DNA from: a virus
Virus record (IMG/VR): IMGVR_UViG_3300017917_002644
Coordinates: 10,635 to 74,634 of that record
DNA: 64,000 bases
Reading direction: 5' to 3' (one strand)
Part shown: in pieces, positions 28,770 to 39,700 of the stretch
Numbering within the stretch: position 1 is the stretch's first letter
Layout of the letters: each line of letters starts with the position of its first letter
Position numbers and translations under genes: made by a program
Notes under the pieces: generated by a model
What the model was told of the DNA's origin: nothing
What the model saw: the letters and a program-made list of their open reading frames with translations, nothing else
Database searches by the model: none

Positions 28770-31700
28770 ATCCATCTACTTTCTTTATTTCAATTAATCC
28801 ATCCACAATATCTCTCATTTGTTCTAAGTGAGAAATCATCCAAATGAAATCGAATTGAGTTTTTAAATACTGCATCATCATAAATAGAGATGAAAGATTA
28901 TCACTATCTAATGTTCCAAATCCCTCATCAATTACTAAAAAGTTTGGACGAGGTAGATTACAGATGTTGATAAGTGCAACTCTAATTGCCAATCCACTTA
29001 CAAATTTCTCCATACCGGAACACATTTCTAATGGCCATTCTTGGTCTTCGTAAACTATTTTTGCATTAATTGATTTACCATCCACTTCCATCATTACACT
29101 GAAATCTACAACCTGTGCAAGGATATTATTGATTTCGTTTTCAATTACAGGCAATGCTTTAGAAATCAATTCGTATGGAATACCATCTCTTTTAACTGCA
29201 TCTAAATAGTAAGTGTATAATCGGTTCTTTTCTTCTAACTCCTTAACTTCATCCATTCTGGTTTTTATACCATCTATGAATGTATTTATAGAAGTAATTG
29301 CTCCATTTAGGGAGTTGATATTATTTGTAATTGTTTTTATTTCGGCTTCTATTTCGTTTTTAGTTCGGTTTAACCCATCAATAAGAGTTTCAATTTGCTT
29401 ATTTCTTTTAATTGTGGTTTCGTTATTGTGATAGGTTTGGATTTCTGTTGCAACGGTTTCCAATTGGTGATTTAACAATTCCTCTTTTGTATCTAATCCT
29501 TTTAACTCCGCTTCTGTTTTTTCTTTGATTACAATTACTTTTTGGTATTTCGCTTTTAATTCAACCAACTCATCCCATTGTTCTTCAACATCTGAAATGT
29601 AAGATGCCTGTTGGATTAGTGATTGGTGTTTGTTACCCAATACCGTTAGGGTTTCTTCTTGTTCCTCTACCTTTTCTTTTGTTTGTATTGCATCTTTTAC
29701 GAAAACATTATTCATACAGAACTTACAATTTGGGTCATATTCATGTGTTTCCAAATGTGAAAGTTTTTCTCTATTAGATTTAATTGATTGTTCTAATAAT
29801 TCAATTTGATGTTCTGTTTCATTGATTTGTGATTTATATTCATCCCACTCTCCTTTTGCTTCTTCAATAGGTTTTCCATTTATGATTTTTAGTTCTTCTA
29901 TTGATTGAGAAATTTGAGATTGTAATTGAATATATTCTTGGATTTTAGATTGTTTAGATAATCTATCGGTTTCTAAACTTTTTATTTCCCCTTTTATATT
30001 TTCTTTTCTTACTTCCAATTTATCTATATCCAAATTACCATCTATTGGAGTAAGTTCTTTATTTAGAGAAACAATTTTGTTTATCAAATCATCTTTATCT
30101 AACGTTCTATTTTCCAAAGTTTTTTCTAAACTTCTTAATTCTGCGTTTTTAGTTTGTTTTTCTAAACTTTTATCTGCTAATTCAGTTGTAAAATCTGTTT
30201 TCTTAAAGTTTTTGATAAGAACTGATACTTCTTTAATATCTTCACTTGCAGTTTCGTAAAGTTTATCAAACACATTTAATCCCATAAACTGTGCCAATAA
30301 ATCTTTTCTTTCACTTTGTGATTTATCAATGAATAAGGCATTGTTTCCTTGCAAAGATAATGCTGTTAAAACAAAATCCTCATATCTACCAACATATTGC
30401 TCAATAACTTGATTAGTATCTCTTCTTTCAGTTCCGTTTAGTGAAATTGCCTGGTCACCATCCATTCTCCAAAACTGAACATCAACTTTTACATTCTTTC
30501 CTTTATTAATTGTTCTTGCAGTTCTTTGGATATGAAAATCCACACCATTAACTTGAAAGTGCAAGTGACACTCAAAATCTTTCTTACGATTGTTTAGTAT
30601 GTTTGCCGCTTTAAATGCTCTACTACATTTATCGTATAAACAGAAAGATACTGCATCAAATAGAGATGATTTACCACTTGCATTTGGTGCAAACAATCCA
30701 ACCAATCCTCCCAATTTGGTAAAATCAATTTTATTATCCTCTCCATATGAAAACATATTTGAGAATGTAAACTTAATAGGTTTCCAATGAATGTTTCTAT
30801 GAACTTCATCTTGCGTAATTCTACTGTTTATATCCCTATTAATCCTCTCTAATCCATCCAAATCACTTTGGGTGGTAAATGGCATCATTCGTTGAACATA
30901 ATCGTTTATAAGGGAGTTTTGGTAGTTTATATCAGATACATCTTCAAAGTCTAATTTGTTTAATCTGTTACCCGTCTTTTGTTTGTTGAATGAATCGGTT
31001 CTGATAATTGTAAAATCATCAACACCGTATTTCATTTTAATCTCCGTAATTACTTTTTTAGTATCGGCAGTATCGGTATTAGATAAACGAACTCTTAAAC
31101 GAGGGTGTTTTGGAATATCAGTTACATTTGGAACAATACCATTATCAACATCCAATGTATAATATCCATAATCGTTTGGAATATCAATTTCCTCATAACT
31201 CATAGTATCTAAATCCCATGCTAAGAAACCATGCTTTTCCAAAGATTCTCCGAAGTTCTGCTGAACTAATGAACCGGCATATACAACCTTACATCCAGAT
31301 GGAGATATTAGTTCCTGGCGTTTGTGGATATCTCCTAAGAGTGCTAAATCATATCCATCAAATATATCTGTTGTAAAATGTCTGCTACTTACAACATAAC
31401 CAACATCCGTTGTAGAATTATCAATAGGTCCGTGAAATAGGGCAATCTTTTTATTACCACTTAAAGTTTCGGCTTTTGGCCAGTTTTCTTTGTTATCAAA
31501 AATACTGAATACACCAAAATCAACTCCACCAATGGAATGGACTTGAGTATCTCTTAGGTATGTAAAGTTTGGCAAGTTTAATGCTTCAACAATTGGTGTA
31601 AGAACATCTAATCTATCGGAGTTGTTCATATTACAATCGTGATTACCTGTAATAAGGATAGTTTCACAATGTTTAGAACATTCCGTAAATAACCAACTTA

Positions 31701-31893
31701 TCTCTCTAACTAATTCAGGAGATAATTCTAATTTAGCATGTGCAATATCACCCGCTAAATAAATGATTGCATCATCCGTTCCTCTTTTACGGATTTCCTC
31801 AAACATCTTTTCAAATACCAATCTATATTCTTTATGTCTTTTAACATTTCGAATATGCACGTCTGCAATGTGGTAAATTGTTTTTAACCTCAT
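28750..31893 (-). CDS. Fused SbcD-SbcC (Mre11-Rad50; T4 gp47-gp46-like) nuclease/ATPase
   Basis: ADVH, AGD, GNHD, FHG and LGDIH phosphoesterase motifs; Walker A NASGKSS; coiled coil with CKFC zinc hook; CSGME signature; Walker B/D-loop IDEGFGTLD; ISH. Confidence 0.93.
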   Translation of the reverse strand: MRLKTIYHIADVHIRNVKRHKEYRLVFEKMFEEIRKRGTDDAIIYLAGDIAHAKLELSPELVREISWLFTECSKHCETILITGNHDCNMNNSDRLDVLTPIVEALNLPNFTYLRDTQVHSIGGVDFGVFSIFDNKENWPKAETLSGNKKIALFHGPIDNSTTDVGYVVSSRHFTTDIFDGYDLALLGDIHKRQELISPSGCKVVYAGSLVQQNFGESLEKHGFLAWDLDTMSYEEIDIPNDYGYYTLDVDNGIVPNVTDIPKHPRLRVRLSNTDTADTKKVITEIKMKYGVDDFTIIRTDSFNKQKTGNRLNKLDFEDVSDINYQNSLINDYVQRMMPFTTQSDLDGLERINRDINSRITQDEVHRNIHWKPIKFTFSNMFSYGEDNKIDFTKLGGLVGLFAPNASGKSSLFDAVSFCLYDKCSRAFKAANILNNRKKDFECHLHFQVNGVDFHIQRTARTINKGKNVKVDVQFWRMDGDQAISLNGTERRDTNQVIEQYVGRYEDFVLTALSLQGNNALFIDKSQSERKDLLAQFMGLNVFDKLYETASEDIKEVSVLIKNFKKTDFTTELADKSLEKQTKNAELRSLEKTLENRTLDKDDLINKIVSLNKELTPIDGNLDIDKLEVRKENIKGEIKSLETDRLSKQSKIQEYIQLQSQISQSIEELKIINGKPIEEAKGEWDEYKSQINETEHQIELLEQSIKSNREKLSHLETHEYDPNCKFCMNNVFVKDAIQTKEKVEEQEETLTVLGNKHQSLIQQASYISDVEEQWDELVELKAKYQKVIVIKEKTEAELKGLDTKEELLNHQLETVATEIQTYHNNETTIKRNKQIETLIDGLNRTKNEIEAEIKTITNNINSLNGAITSINTFIDGIKTRMDEVKELEEKNRLYTYYLDAVKRDGIPYELISKALPVIENEINNILAQVVDFSVMMEVDGKSINAKIVYEDQEWPLEMCSGMEKFVSGLAIRVALINICNLPRPNFLVIDEGFGTLDSDNLSSLFMMMQYLKTQFDFIWMISHLEQMRDIVDGLIEIKKVDGFSKIDF

Positions 31894-32831
31894 ATATTAT
31901 TTATTTTATTTAATAACAATTCTTCTGTTGAAAATTGTTTTGATTTATTCAATTGTTCGTAAAACTTTGTGTATCCAATTTCTGATGCATCTTTATCTTT
32001 TAGTTGCATTAGTTTCACATTTATACCCTGCTTTCTAAAATACTCCGATGCCCTCAATGCTTCATTCATTGCATCACTATCTAATGAAATAACAATATCA
32101 GTAACTCCACTCATAAAGATTTTCTCAACCAATTGTTTAGAAGGGAACTTACCTAATAGTGGGATTGCATTTCTTTTAATTGTAATCGCATCAAATACTC
32201 CTTCACATAATATAATCGGTTCGTTCCAATTTATTTGTGATTCAAATCCAATTATATTTTTACTGATTGGTGGGTTTTTGTACTTCATTTTTTCATCAGG
32301 ATAGTAAGACCTGGATACAAAATAGTTTAATTGTCCATTTGTATCATATGATGGGATAATTACTCTTCTACCATATAATCCATCTTTGCAATAACCTATG
32401 TTATATTTAACTATCTCTTTCATACCTATACCTCTTTGGGTAAGGTAGAACATTGCATGTTTATATTCTGGATTAAATCCTTTTGGTTCTTCTGCTAAAC
32501 TAATAAATTCTTTTGGAAGTGAAATGAATACCTTTGTTTCCGCATCTTCTTGTTGTGGTGTCCAATTACTATCTCCATATATTTCTCTAATAACCGATAT
32601 AGTTTTTCTATCTACATCTAATTTACGAAGAAGGGATGTTAATTTTTTACCACCACTATTACAAGTCCAACAATGCCATTTTTGAGTTTCAGTATTTACT
32701 TGCAGTTTTTGTTTGTGGTGATTACAGAATGGACAATAAAATGCCAACTCATTTCCTCTTAGATTTGAATAACTTCCTAACGCATTAGAAAGAGTAAGTA
32801 TTACTTTGTTCTTATCGGCAGTATTTAACAC
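31890..32831 (-). CDS. DNA primase (Zn finger + TOPRIM)
   Basis: CPFC..HCWTC, RRVIIP, KYKNPP, CEGVFDA, LDSDA, KDASE. GTG start. Confidence 0.9.
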   Translation of the reverse strand: MLNTADKNKVILTLSNALGSYSNLRGNELAFYCPFCNHHKQKLQVNTETQKWHCWTCNSGGKKLTSLLRKLDVDRKTISVIREIYGDSNWTPQQEDAETKVFISLPKEFISLAEEPKGFNPEYKHAMFYLTQRGIGMKEIVKYNIGYCKDGLYGRRVIIPSYDTNGQLNYFVSRSYYPDEKMKYKNPPISKNIIGFESQINWNEPIILCEGVFDAITIKRNAIPLLGKFPSKQLVEKIFMSGVTDIVISLDSDAMNEALRASEYFRKQGINVKLMQLKDKDASEIGYTKFYEQLNKSKQFSTEELLLNKINNI

Positions 32832-32835
32832 ATCT

Positions 32836-32867
32836 CAAATATACGAATAATATTTGATATATCCAAA
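32836..32867 (-). promoter_or_regulatory. Bacteroidota-type sigma70 promoter TTTG-N20-TATATTTG
   Basis: Exact match to the -33 TTTG / -7 TAnnTTTG consensus, 4 nt before the primase GTG. Confidence 0.8.
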
Positions 32868-32870
32868 TTT

Positions 32871-33284
32871 TTATTCAGAAAACCAACTTTCAGGTATTAC
32901 TTTATCTGCGTATTGGTATCCGTTCTTTACACACCAATCCCCATAAGTTGTTTTAGAATTTTTACTTATTTTGTTTTTTGAATTTGAGAATACGAAACGA
33001 ATATCTAATTCAGGATGTTGTTGTTTTACTAATAAATGTTTTTTTCTATCTGCTGCAACAAACCTACCTTTTGTTTCTACAATTATCCCATTAGGTAAAC
33101 GAAAGTCAGGACTGTAAGTATGTTTAGAAGCAGGTACAATATAATCCACTTTTTGGGATTCATACTGAACCTCAATTCCTTTACTTTCGATTTGTTGTGA
33201 AATGTTTTCTTCAAGACCAGACTTAAATCCATACTTTCTCGCAACCCACTTTGAGTTGGATGATTTTGTAACTTTTTTAGCCAT
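32871..33284 (-). CDS. T7 endonuclease I-like Holliday junction resolvase
   Basis: GFKSGLEE, YSPDFRLPNGIIVETKGRF, DRKKHL, DIRFVFSNS. Confidence 0.92.
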   Translation of the reverse strand: MAKKVTKSSNSKWVARKYGFKSGLEENISQQIESKGIEVQYESQKVDYIVPASKHTYSPDFRLPNGIIVETKGRFVAADRKKHLLVKQQHPELDIRFVFSNSKNKISKNSKTTYGDWCVKNGYQYADKVIPESWFSE

Positions 33285-33293
33285 ATAGAAGGT

Positions 33294-33503
33294 TTATTTT
33301 TGTATAGTATCAGAATACTTTACGTTGTTTAACTCACCTCTTCTACCAACTTTGAAACGTTCTGCAGTTAATACCTGCTCATCAACGTTTTTCAAATCGT
33401 TTGTAGTGTATGGAGTTTTTAAAGCATCTGCCGCATCTTTACTGATTTTATCAGTTCCTAATTGTTTTTGTGATGCGTTGTATAATTCTAATATCTTTGA
33501 CAT
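33294..33503 (-). CDS. Hypothetical protein (69 aa)
   Basis: ORF preceded by the TATTTATA motif (33520-33527). Confidence 0.7.
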   Translation of the reverse strand: MSKILELYNASQKQLGTDKISKDAADALKTPYTTNDLKNVDEQVLTAERFKVGRRGELNNVKYSDTIQK

Positions 33504-33531
33504 AATGTTTAATGTTTAATATAAATATAAG

Positions 33532-34740
33532 TTATGTATCAAAACGAACAATAAAGTTTATAGGAATATCCTGGTCGGTTTTGATAGGTTGTGGTAATTT
33601 TGCTACTGCCACTAAATCCATATCATCATCGTATAATCCAATTGTTGTAACAAATGGTGCTAAGAATGAACCAGTTGTATCTATCGAACCACTTAAATCA
33701 ATATGTTCAAACCCTGCAAATACAGTTGAGTTTACAGATGATGTATATCTATAATCAATAACATCTCCATTTTCTAAAGTTGATATTTTACGAATATATT
33801 TTACACCCGGATTTGTTGTTATTTTTCTAACTACCCCATCACTATCTACCGATGAAGTAGTTTCCATCCCAACCGTTACAACTGCCGATGGATTTTGTGA
33901 AATATTAAACTCATCTGGATTTGCAATCAATAAGAATTCGTTTTCATAAATAGTTTGTGTAGATTTATATGATAATTGCCAATTATTTGTTAATACTCTA
34001 TCTGTATCTCTTGTCATTACTATCAATCCTTGTGAATAAAATACATTACCAATCTTATTAACACCCGCTGCTCCTTCCAAAAACGGTATGTTTTCTACAA
34101 CACAAACGGATGATTCTACATCAAAAGAAGTTATTGATAAATTATATACAATGGATTGATATACTATTGTTAAAATATTATTTTCCAAATCAACTGCAAT
34201 AGTTGGTGAAGATACTAAAGATGCGGAATATGCGGTAAGTTCAACATCCAAAAAATTAAAAACTCTAGTTTCATTATCAATTCTAGAAACGTATATAGTA
34301 TCTCCAGTTGCACTAAATAAATTACCGTTTCCATCATCTACAAATTGACTACTATCTTCTGTAAAAACTACTGAATTTTTCTTTATACCTTCACCATAAT
34401 ATTTTTGAGGAATTGATATAACTTTAGCAGAACCACTTAAAAATCTATCTCGTGTTGATTCTTCTATGTTATATTCTAAATTAGTACTTCCAAAACTTAA
34501 AAATGGATTATATTCGGTATCATTATAAAACATTGTTCTTAATTGACCATAAAGAGAATGTTTATTATATGATGAACCAGATAATATACCACCACTTATT
34601 TCATTTACAGCTGCGGAAGTATAATCTCCTTCTACTGCTTCTAAAACAGCAATTTCCGTAGAATTATTATCAAAACTCCATTCTTTATAAGCCTTAAATG
34701 GTCTTATACTAATGTCCGATTTAGGTATTCTTTTTAACAT
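33532..34740 (-). CDS. Virion structural protein (baseplate/fibre attachment-like)
   Basis: C-terminal VTTIGLYDDDMDLVAVAKLPQPI is shared with 34814-36037. Start moved to ATG 34740 because the 34791 start lies across a terminator and the TATTTATA motif. Confidence 0.6.
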   Translation of the reverse strand: MLKRIPKSDISIRPFKAYKEWSFDNNSTEIAVLEAVEGDYTSAAVNEISGGILSGSSYNKHSLYGQLRTMFYNDTEYNPFLSFGSTNLEYNIEESTRDRFLSGSAKVISIPQKYYGEGIKKNSVVFTEDSSQFVDDGNGNLFSATGDTIYVSRIDNETRVFNFLDVELTAYSASLVSSPTIAVDLENNILTIVYQSIVYNLSITSFDVESSVCVVENIPFLEGAAGVNKIGNVFYSQGLIVMTRDTDRVLTNNWQLSYKSTQTIYENEFLLIANPDEFNISQNPSAVVTVGMETTSSVDSDGVVRKITTNPGVKYIRKISTLENGDVIDYRYTSSVNSTVFAGFEHIDLSGSIDTTGSFLAPFVTTIGLYDDDMDLVAVAKLPQPIKTDQDIPINFIVRFDT

Positions 34741-34765
34741 ATCGTATATAAATATCCTATAAACT

Positions 34766-34788
34766 AAAAACCCACCAAAAAGGTGGGT
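34766..34788 (-). terminator. Rho-independent terminator
   Basis: ACCCACC-loop-GGTGGGT stem followed by a T run on the minus strand, downstream of 34814-36037. Confidence 0.75.
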
Positions 34789-34813
34789 CAATTAGTTATA
34801 TGGTTATTCTTTA

Positions 34814-36037
34814 TTAGAAATCTAATTTAACTTTGATTGCAACTTCTTTATCAAATGATTTCTCAATTGGTTTAGAAACTTTTGCAACTGCCAATAATTC
34901 ATTTCCATCATCGTATAAACCAACTGTTGTAATGTAAACTTTAGGATTGGTTTCAAATGTAGGTTGAACAAATTGACCTGTCGAACCTGTTACGAATGTT
35001 GGGTTGTTTGAGAAGTTAAATTCTCTATTGTTTGCTCTTACAAAGTAGTGAGATGTAGAAACGTTTTCAGTTCTTCTCATTTGGAAATCACCACCCAATT
35101 TAATTGATTTAAATAATGCCAATGAACCAGAATTATCTGTATAGTTGTTATGATATACATTTGGAACAGATGCTCCTGCTGGTGCTAAATTTACATCAAC
35201 GGATGATGATAATGCGTTTGGATTTAATAGGATAATTCCCATATCAGGATAGAATAATCCCCATCCTTCTCCATTTGATGCAGTTGGTGATTGAATTGTT
35301 CCCTCGTTTTGAGTTCCTATGTTTAACGCTCCACTAACAACGTTAAATACTCTACCACTTGCACCAACTGTTTCTGTTTGAGCAGAATCATCAATAAGGG
35401 TAATAGTTCCTAATGAACCTGAAAGAGTAAGTTGGAAATTACCTGGGTCTAATTGTTCTTTATATCTTGCTCTATCAATAGATAATGCGTAGAATGAAGT
35501 TAAATCATATCCGTTTGCAGTTGTTCCATTGTAAACACTAAAATTTGCATCTGCAGAATCTAACAATACGTTCTTAAACTGATTATAAACTGCTAATGAT
35601 TGTCTGTAAGAATCATCTGATTGGTTAAATGTAGGTGAACCATATCCGTTTACATCACCGTAAGTTATAGAAAATTCTTTGTTTAATAATGATGCATCAC
35701 TATAAACATCAATATAATATTTACCGCTTACATCTGCTTTTTGTACAGAAGATGTGAAGAATGTTTCTAATGAACCAGTATCACCACTCCAAATACCTGA
35801 TGTTACAATTTCGGTTCTGTTGGTTACTTTATCAATTGAACCAAATCTTTTATAAATACCATTCGTAATAGTAGTTATATCAGAACTAATTTGTTCACCT
35901 TCACCTAAAAATTGGTTTAATATATTTACCAATTCTGTTGTATCAACTGGTGTTCCTGCTGTGTTTGCAGCTGCAGCCAAATAACTTGATAAGTTACTTG
36001 CTAAAAGTTGTCCTCTATTATCTCTAATTATTGCCAT
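34814..36037 (-). CDS. Virion structural protein (baseplate/fibre attachment-like)
   Basis: C-terminal ITTVGLYDDGNELLAVAKVSKPI; located in the baseplate module. Confidence 0.6.
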   Translation of the reverse strand: MAIIRDNRGQLLASNLSSYLAAAANTAGTPVDTTELVNILNQFLGEGEQISSDITTITNGIYKRFGSIDKVTNRTEIVTSGIWSGDTGSLETFFTSSVQKADVSGKYYIDVYSDASLLNKEFSITYGDVNGYGSPTFNQSDDSYRQSLAVYNQFKNVLLDSADANFSVYNGTTANGYDLTSFYALSIDRARYKEQLDPGNFQLTLSGSLGTITLIDDSAQTETVGASGRVFNVVSGALNIGTQNEGTIQSPTASNGEGWGLFYPDMGIILLNPNALSSSVDVNLAPAGASVPNVYHNNYTDNSGSLALFKSIKLGGDFQMRRTENVSTSHYFVRANNREFNFSNNPTFVTGSTGQFVQPTFETNPKVYITTVGLYDDGNELLAVAKVSKPIEKSFDKEVAIKVKLDF

Positions 36038-36045
36038 TTTCTATA

Positions 36046-36669
36046 TTATTGAACGTATGTTACGGTTACTGGAATAGTTTGTGAACCACCTGTTTCGTTA
36101 CCATAAACTGTAATAGTTGTTTTGATAGTCGAAGTTAGAGATGGGTTAGGAATGAATTTAAATGTCAATCCTTTCGCAATTGCTGCGGTTGCTGAAACAT
36201 CATCACCGATAAAAATTGGAACTGAACCAACATCTGATGTTACTCCCTCACCAATAATATCACCTGCATTTTTGTTAGATAATACAATAGTATATCCTAA
36301 TCTTCTATTTCCTGCTGGAGATGTAGTTGGAGAAAGTGCAACTTCACCACTTTTTTGATTTACTGAAATGTTTGGAATACCAAATTCTACAACCGGAATA
36401 CGGGTTGTATTTTTAGGTAAAGTTACCAATTTATATTTCATAACTTGCGTTTCATCAGGAGATGCTTCTAAGATTGGCATGTTTTTAATTGCCGCATCAT
36501 AATAAGCAGAACCAAGTGGATGTGCAGGTTCGTATAATGTGTAATCAATTTCATCATCTGCTAATGCAAATTGAGTGATGTTTAAACCTTGTCCAGCTGC
36601 TAATTTCTCTCTTCCTTTTTTAGTAAGGATAGCATCTACTGTAAGTTCGGTATTACTTAAATATCCCAT
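36046..36669 (-). CDS. Virion structural protein (tail-collar N-terminal-like)
   Basis: AILTKKGREKLAAG..ITQFALADD resembles the start of P2 gpH-type tail-collar domains. Confidence 0.55.
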   Translation of the reverse strand: MGYLSNTELTVDAILTKKGREKLAAGQGLNITQFALADDEIDYTLYEPAHPLGSAYYDAAIKNMPILEASPDETQVMKYKLVTLPKNTTRIPVVEFGIPNISVNQKSGEVALSPTTSPAGNRRLGYTIVLSNKNAGDIIGEGVTSDVGSVPIFIGDDVSATAAIAKGLTFKFIPNPSLTSTIKTTITVYGNETGGSQTIPVTVTYVQ

Positions 36670-36716
36670 AGTGTTTTGTTTCGTTTAGTAATAAATATAA
36701 TTATTTTTAATTTCCG

Positions 36717-39700
36717 TTATTCTACTTCTAATATTGGTTCCGATGAATCTCTACCCGCTTTGCTAACTCTTAATGTATTTGGATTAGTTAAGAATGTTTC
36801 AACAGGAGAAGAACCATCTAATGTTGTTGCCGCTGTATTTTTTGAACCATTGTAGAAACTATTTTGTAATCCTCTTGTCAAATCGGAAGTGTTTCTATAA
36901 TGAGATTTCAAATATCCATTTAATGGTATTACTTCAACTATTTTACCACCAACTGTTGGTATTGTAGAACCACTGAATGGTTGTATGTTTATTTTAGTTT
37001 CGTAATATGTTTCGGTTCCAATTTCCGTATATAATCTATTAGAAATACTTCCAGTTAAGTAGGTAAACGTTCTTGTATTTTCTTCTTTAATTACAGATAC
37101 TCTAACTCTTTCTTTAATACGATTTCCCCTTGCATCATAATAAGTTCGTATAGCAGAACCACTTTGTGCATATATTCCAAAACCTAAAACTTCGTAATCA
37201 TTTTGTCCAACTATAATGTTTGAATTTACTAATTCTATTTCACTAATTTTAGTTGAATCACTTAGTTCTGTGTTTACAACACTATCATAAGTATTAAATT
37301 CTGATATAATTGTTATATCATCTTCAGTATTTATGTTTGATTCATATTGATAATTTTCTGAAGTTATATTTTCAACTATGTTAGTTGATATATCCGCATT
37401 ATATTGGTTATTTTCACCAAATAATTCGTAAGTATCCAATGTATTAATTAAAGTTTCATTTTCACTAACTTCGCCAATAATTTCAGTTGTTTTATCAATT
37501 GTTACTTCCCAATCATTTAATTCTCCGGTTGGTTTTTTGTGTTGAATTTTACTTCTTTCTAAAAAGTGAGGTTCAATCAATAAACCGGTTGTTGCTTTTA
37601 CTCTCGCAGGCAACATTTGTTTAATATCCTCAAACATTGATTTCTCATATAGTTTGATTAGATTAATGTATTGGTAAATATCTCTACCATCAAATCTTTG
37701 GAAATAATAATTTCTTAAAGAATCTAATTCGGAATAATTTGGTTTATAAACATTAGATGGGTCACCAATATAGTTATCCAAATTAAATCCACCTAATGAT
37801 TTTGCAATATCTAAATTTAATTCTTTTGTTGGTGAAAAGAATAATCCAACTCTATTAGAATCTACTGGTGATTGGTCAAATGATTTTTTAGTTGCTCTAC
37901 TTTTTACAGAAAGGTCTGATACTAATGTTTGTTCTTCAAATCTAACTTTGTTTGTAGAGTATCTCGATGAACCAATAGATGGTATTTCTAATACTACACT
38001 TCTATCAACTGCTTCAAATTGGTATGGATAAGTTGTTATAGAATCAAATCCAATTGCAGATGCGGCAAATGATGCCGATGGGTTTAGTGAGTAAATTGGT
38101 GCAGTTGAACCTTCTTCATAATCGTTTCTTACTAAAGAACCACTAAAGTAGATATTAGTATCAACGTTTATAAATGAAGAAGTTAATGCTAAGTTTTTAG
38201 GATATTCAAAATCTAAACGGAAATACAAATCCTCCGTTGAAGAAGAATATGAATTACCATTTATCATTTCAGGAAATGCCACATGCTCAAAGAATCTATC
38301 TTTATTCAATGGTGTAGACCACAAACGGAACTCATCAACCGTTCCTACAAAATCATTTCCTAAACGAATTGTAGAACCATTTTCCCAATTTGATTGATTT
38401 AATTCTAATGTATCATCAAAACTAAATATAGTTCTTTCTCCATCTACTTGTTTTAAGAATAGAGACATTGTTACATCCGATGCACTACCAGTTGTTCTAC
38501 TAACTTCAATACCAAAATACCTACTATTAAATAATGGTAAAGTATTTGATTGTAAAGTTTGTAAATTTGTTGATTCTGAAACATTTAATGATACAGTTCC
38601 ATATTTACTATTTAAAGAACCACTAATTGTTACGTCCCAACCACTTCCTGAAATTATGGTGTAAGTTCCTGAAGTTTGTGGTTTTAGAAATACTTCAATT
38701 GTGTCTGGTTTTCTATTTTTATTGGTATTTTTCCATTCAAATTCAACAGATGAACCACTTATCATATTCAATACAGTGGTTATATTATCCATTAAAAGTT
38801 TTGATTTTCCAGTATCGGTAACCTCTGGTCCACCGAATTCTAAAATTGAAAGGTTAGATGATGGAATACCATAACAACTCAAAAGAGCGTATATACCTTT
38901 TCTTGTTCCTCTATTTTTTAGAAGATATGGTAAGTTGTTTACAATTCTTCTCCATACTTCGTTTGTTCTTTGTTTTGCAGGATTTGTTTCTTTTATATTT
39001 CCTTCTGAATCTAATCCAAACGTATAGTTCCAAAGTTTAGAATCTGATGATAAGTTTTTAGCATCCCAACTTAAAGATTTAAGAGTATCAAATAATAATT
39101 TATCAGAAATACCATTTTTAGATTTATATCCTAATCCTCTACTTTTTTCAATTGCTTTTGTGTGATAGTAAATATTATCAAAATGTTGACCTATCATTGA
39201 TAAGAATAACAATAAACTTGCGTTTTCTTCGTTATTTACAATATATTGAGGAATATTATTTTGAACCCAATTGTAATTATTTACATCGTAATTTTCAGCT
39301 AATGTAATTATATTTTCATACCAATTTGCAACTTCAGTAGATGTACTATCGTATCTATTATTCAAATCAATGTGTGGCCAAGATAAAGAAGATGATGTAA
39401 ATAATACTTTTTCAAATCCATCAAATCCATTTATTAGTTGGTTCTTTTTTAAAGTTTGTCTTTCAACCTCTTGTTGTGATGAAATTGATGAAGTAAATGC
39501 CGCATTTCCGATTGAATACACATCGGTAGATGCACTTAGAATAAGATTATCATATAATTCTATTAGTTGAACTTTATAAACAAAATTATCAACTCTTTCT
39601 TTTGCCGAACTAAAGTGAACAAAGTTACTCCACAAATAATTTGTTCCATCTGTATATTGAATATTTAAATCATCTGTATTTACTAAAGATGAACTTAAAT

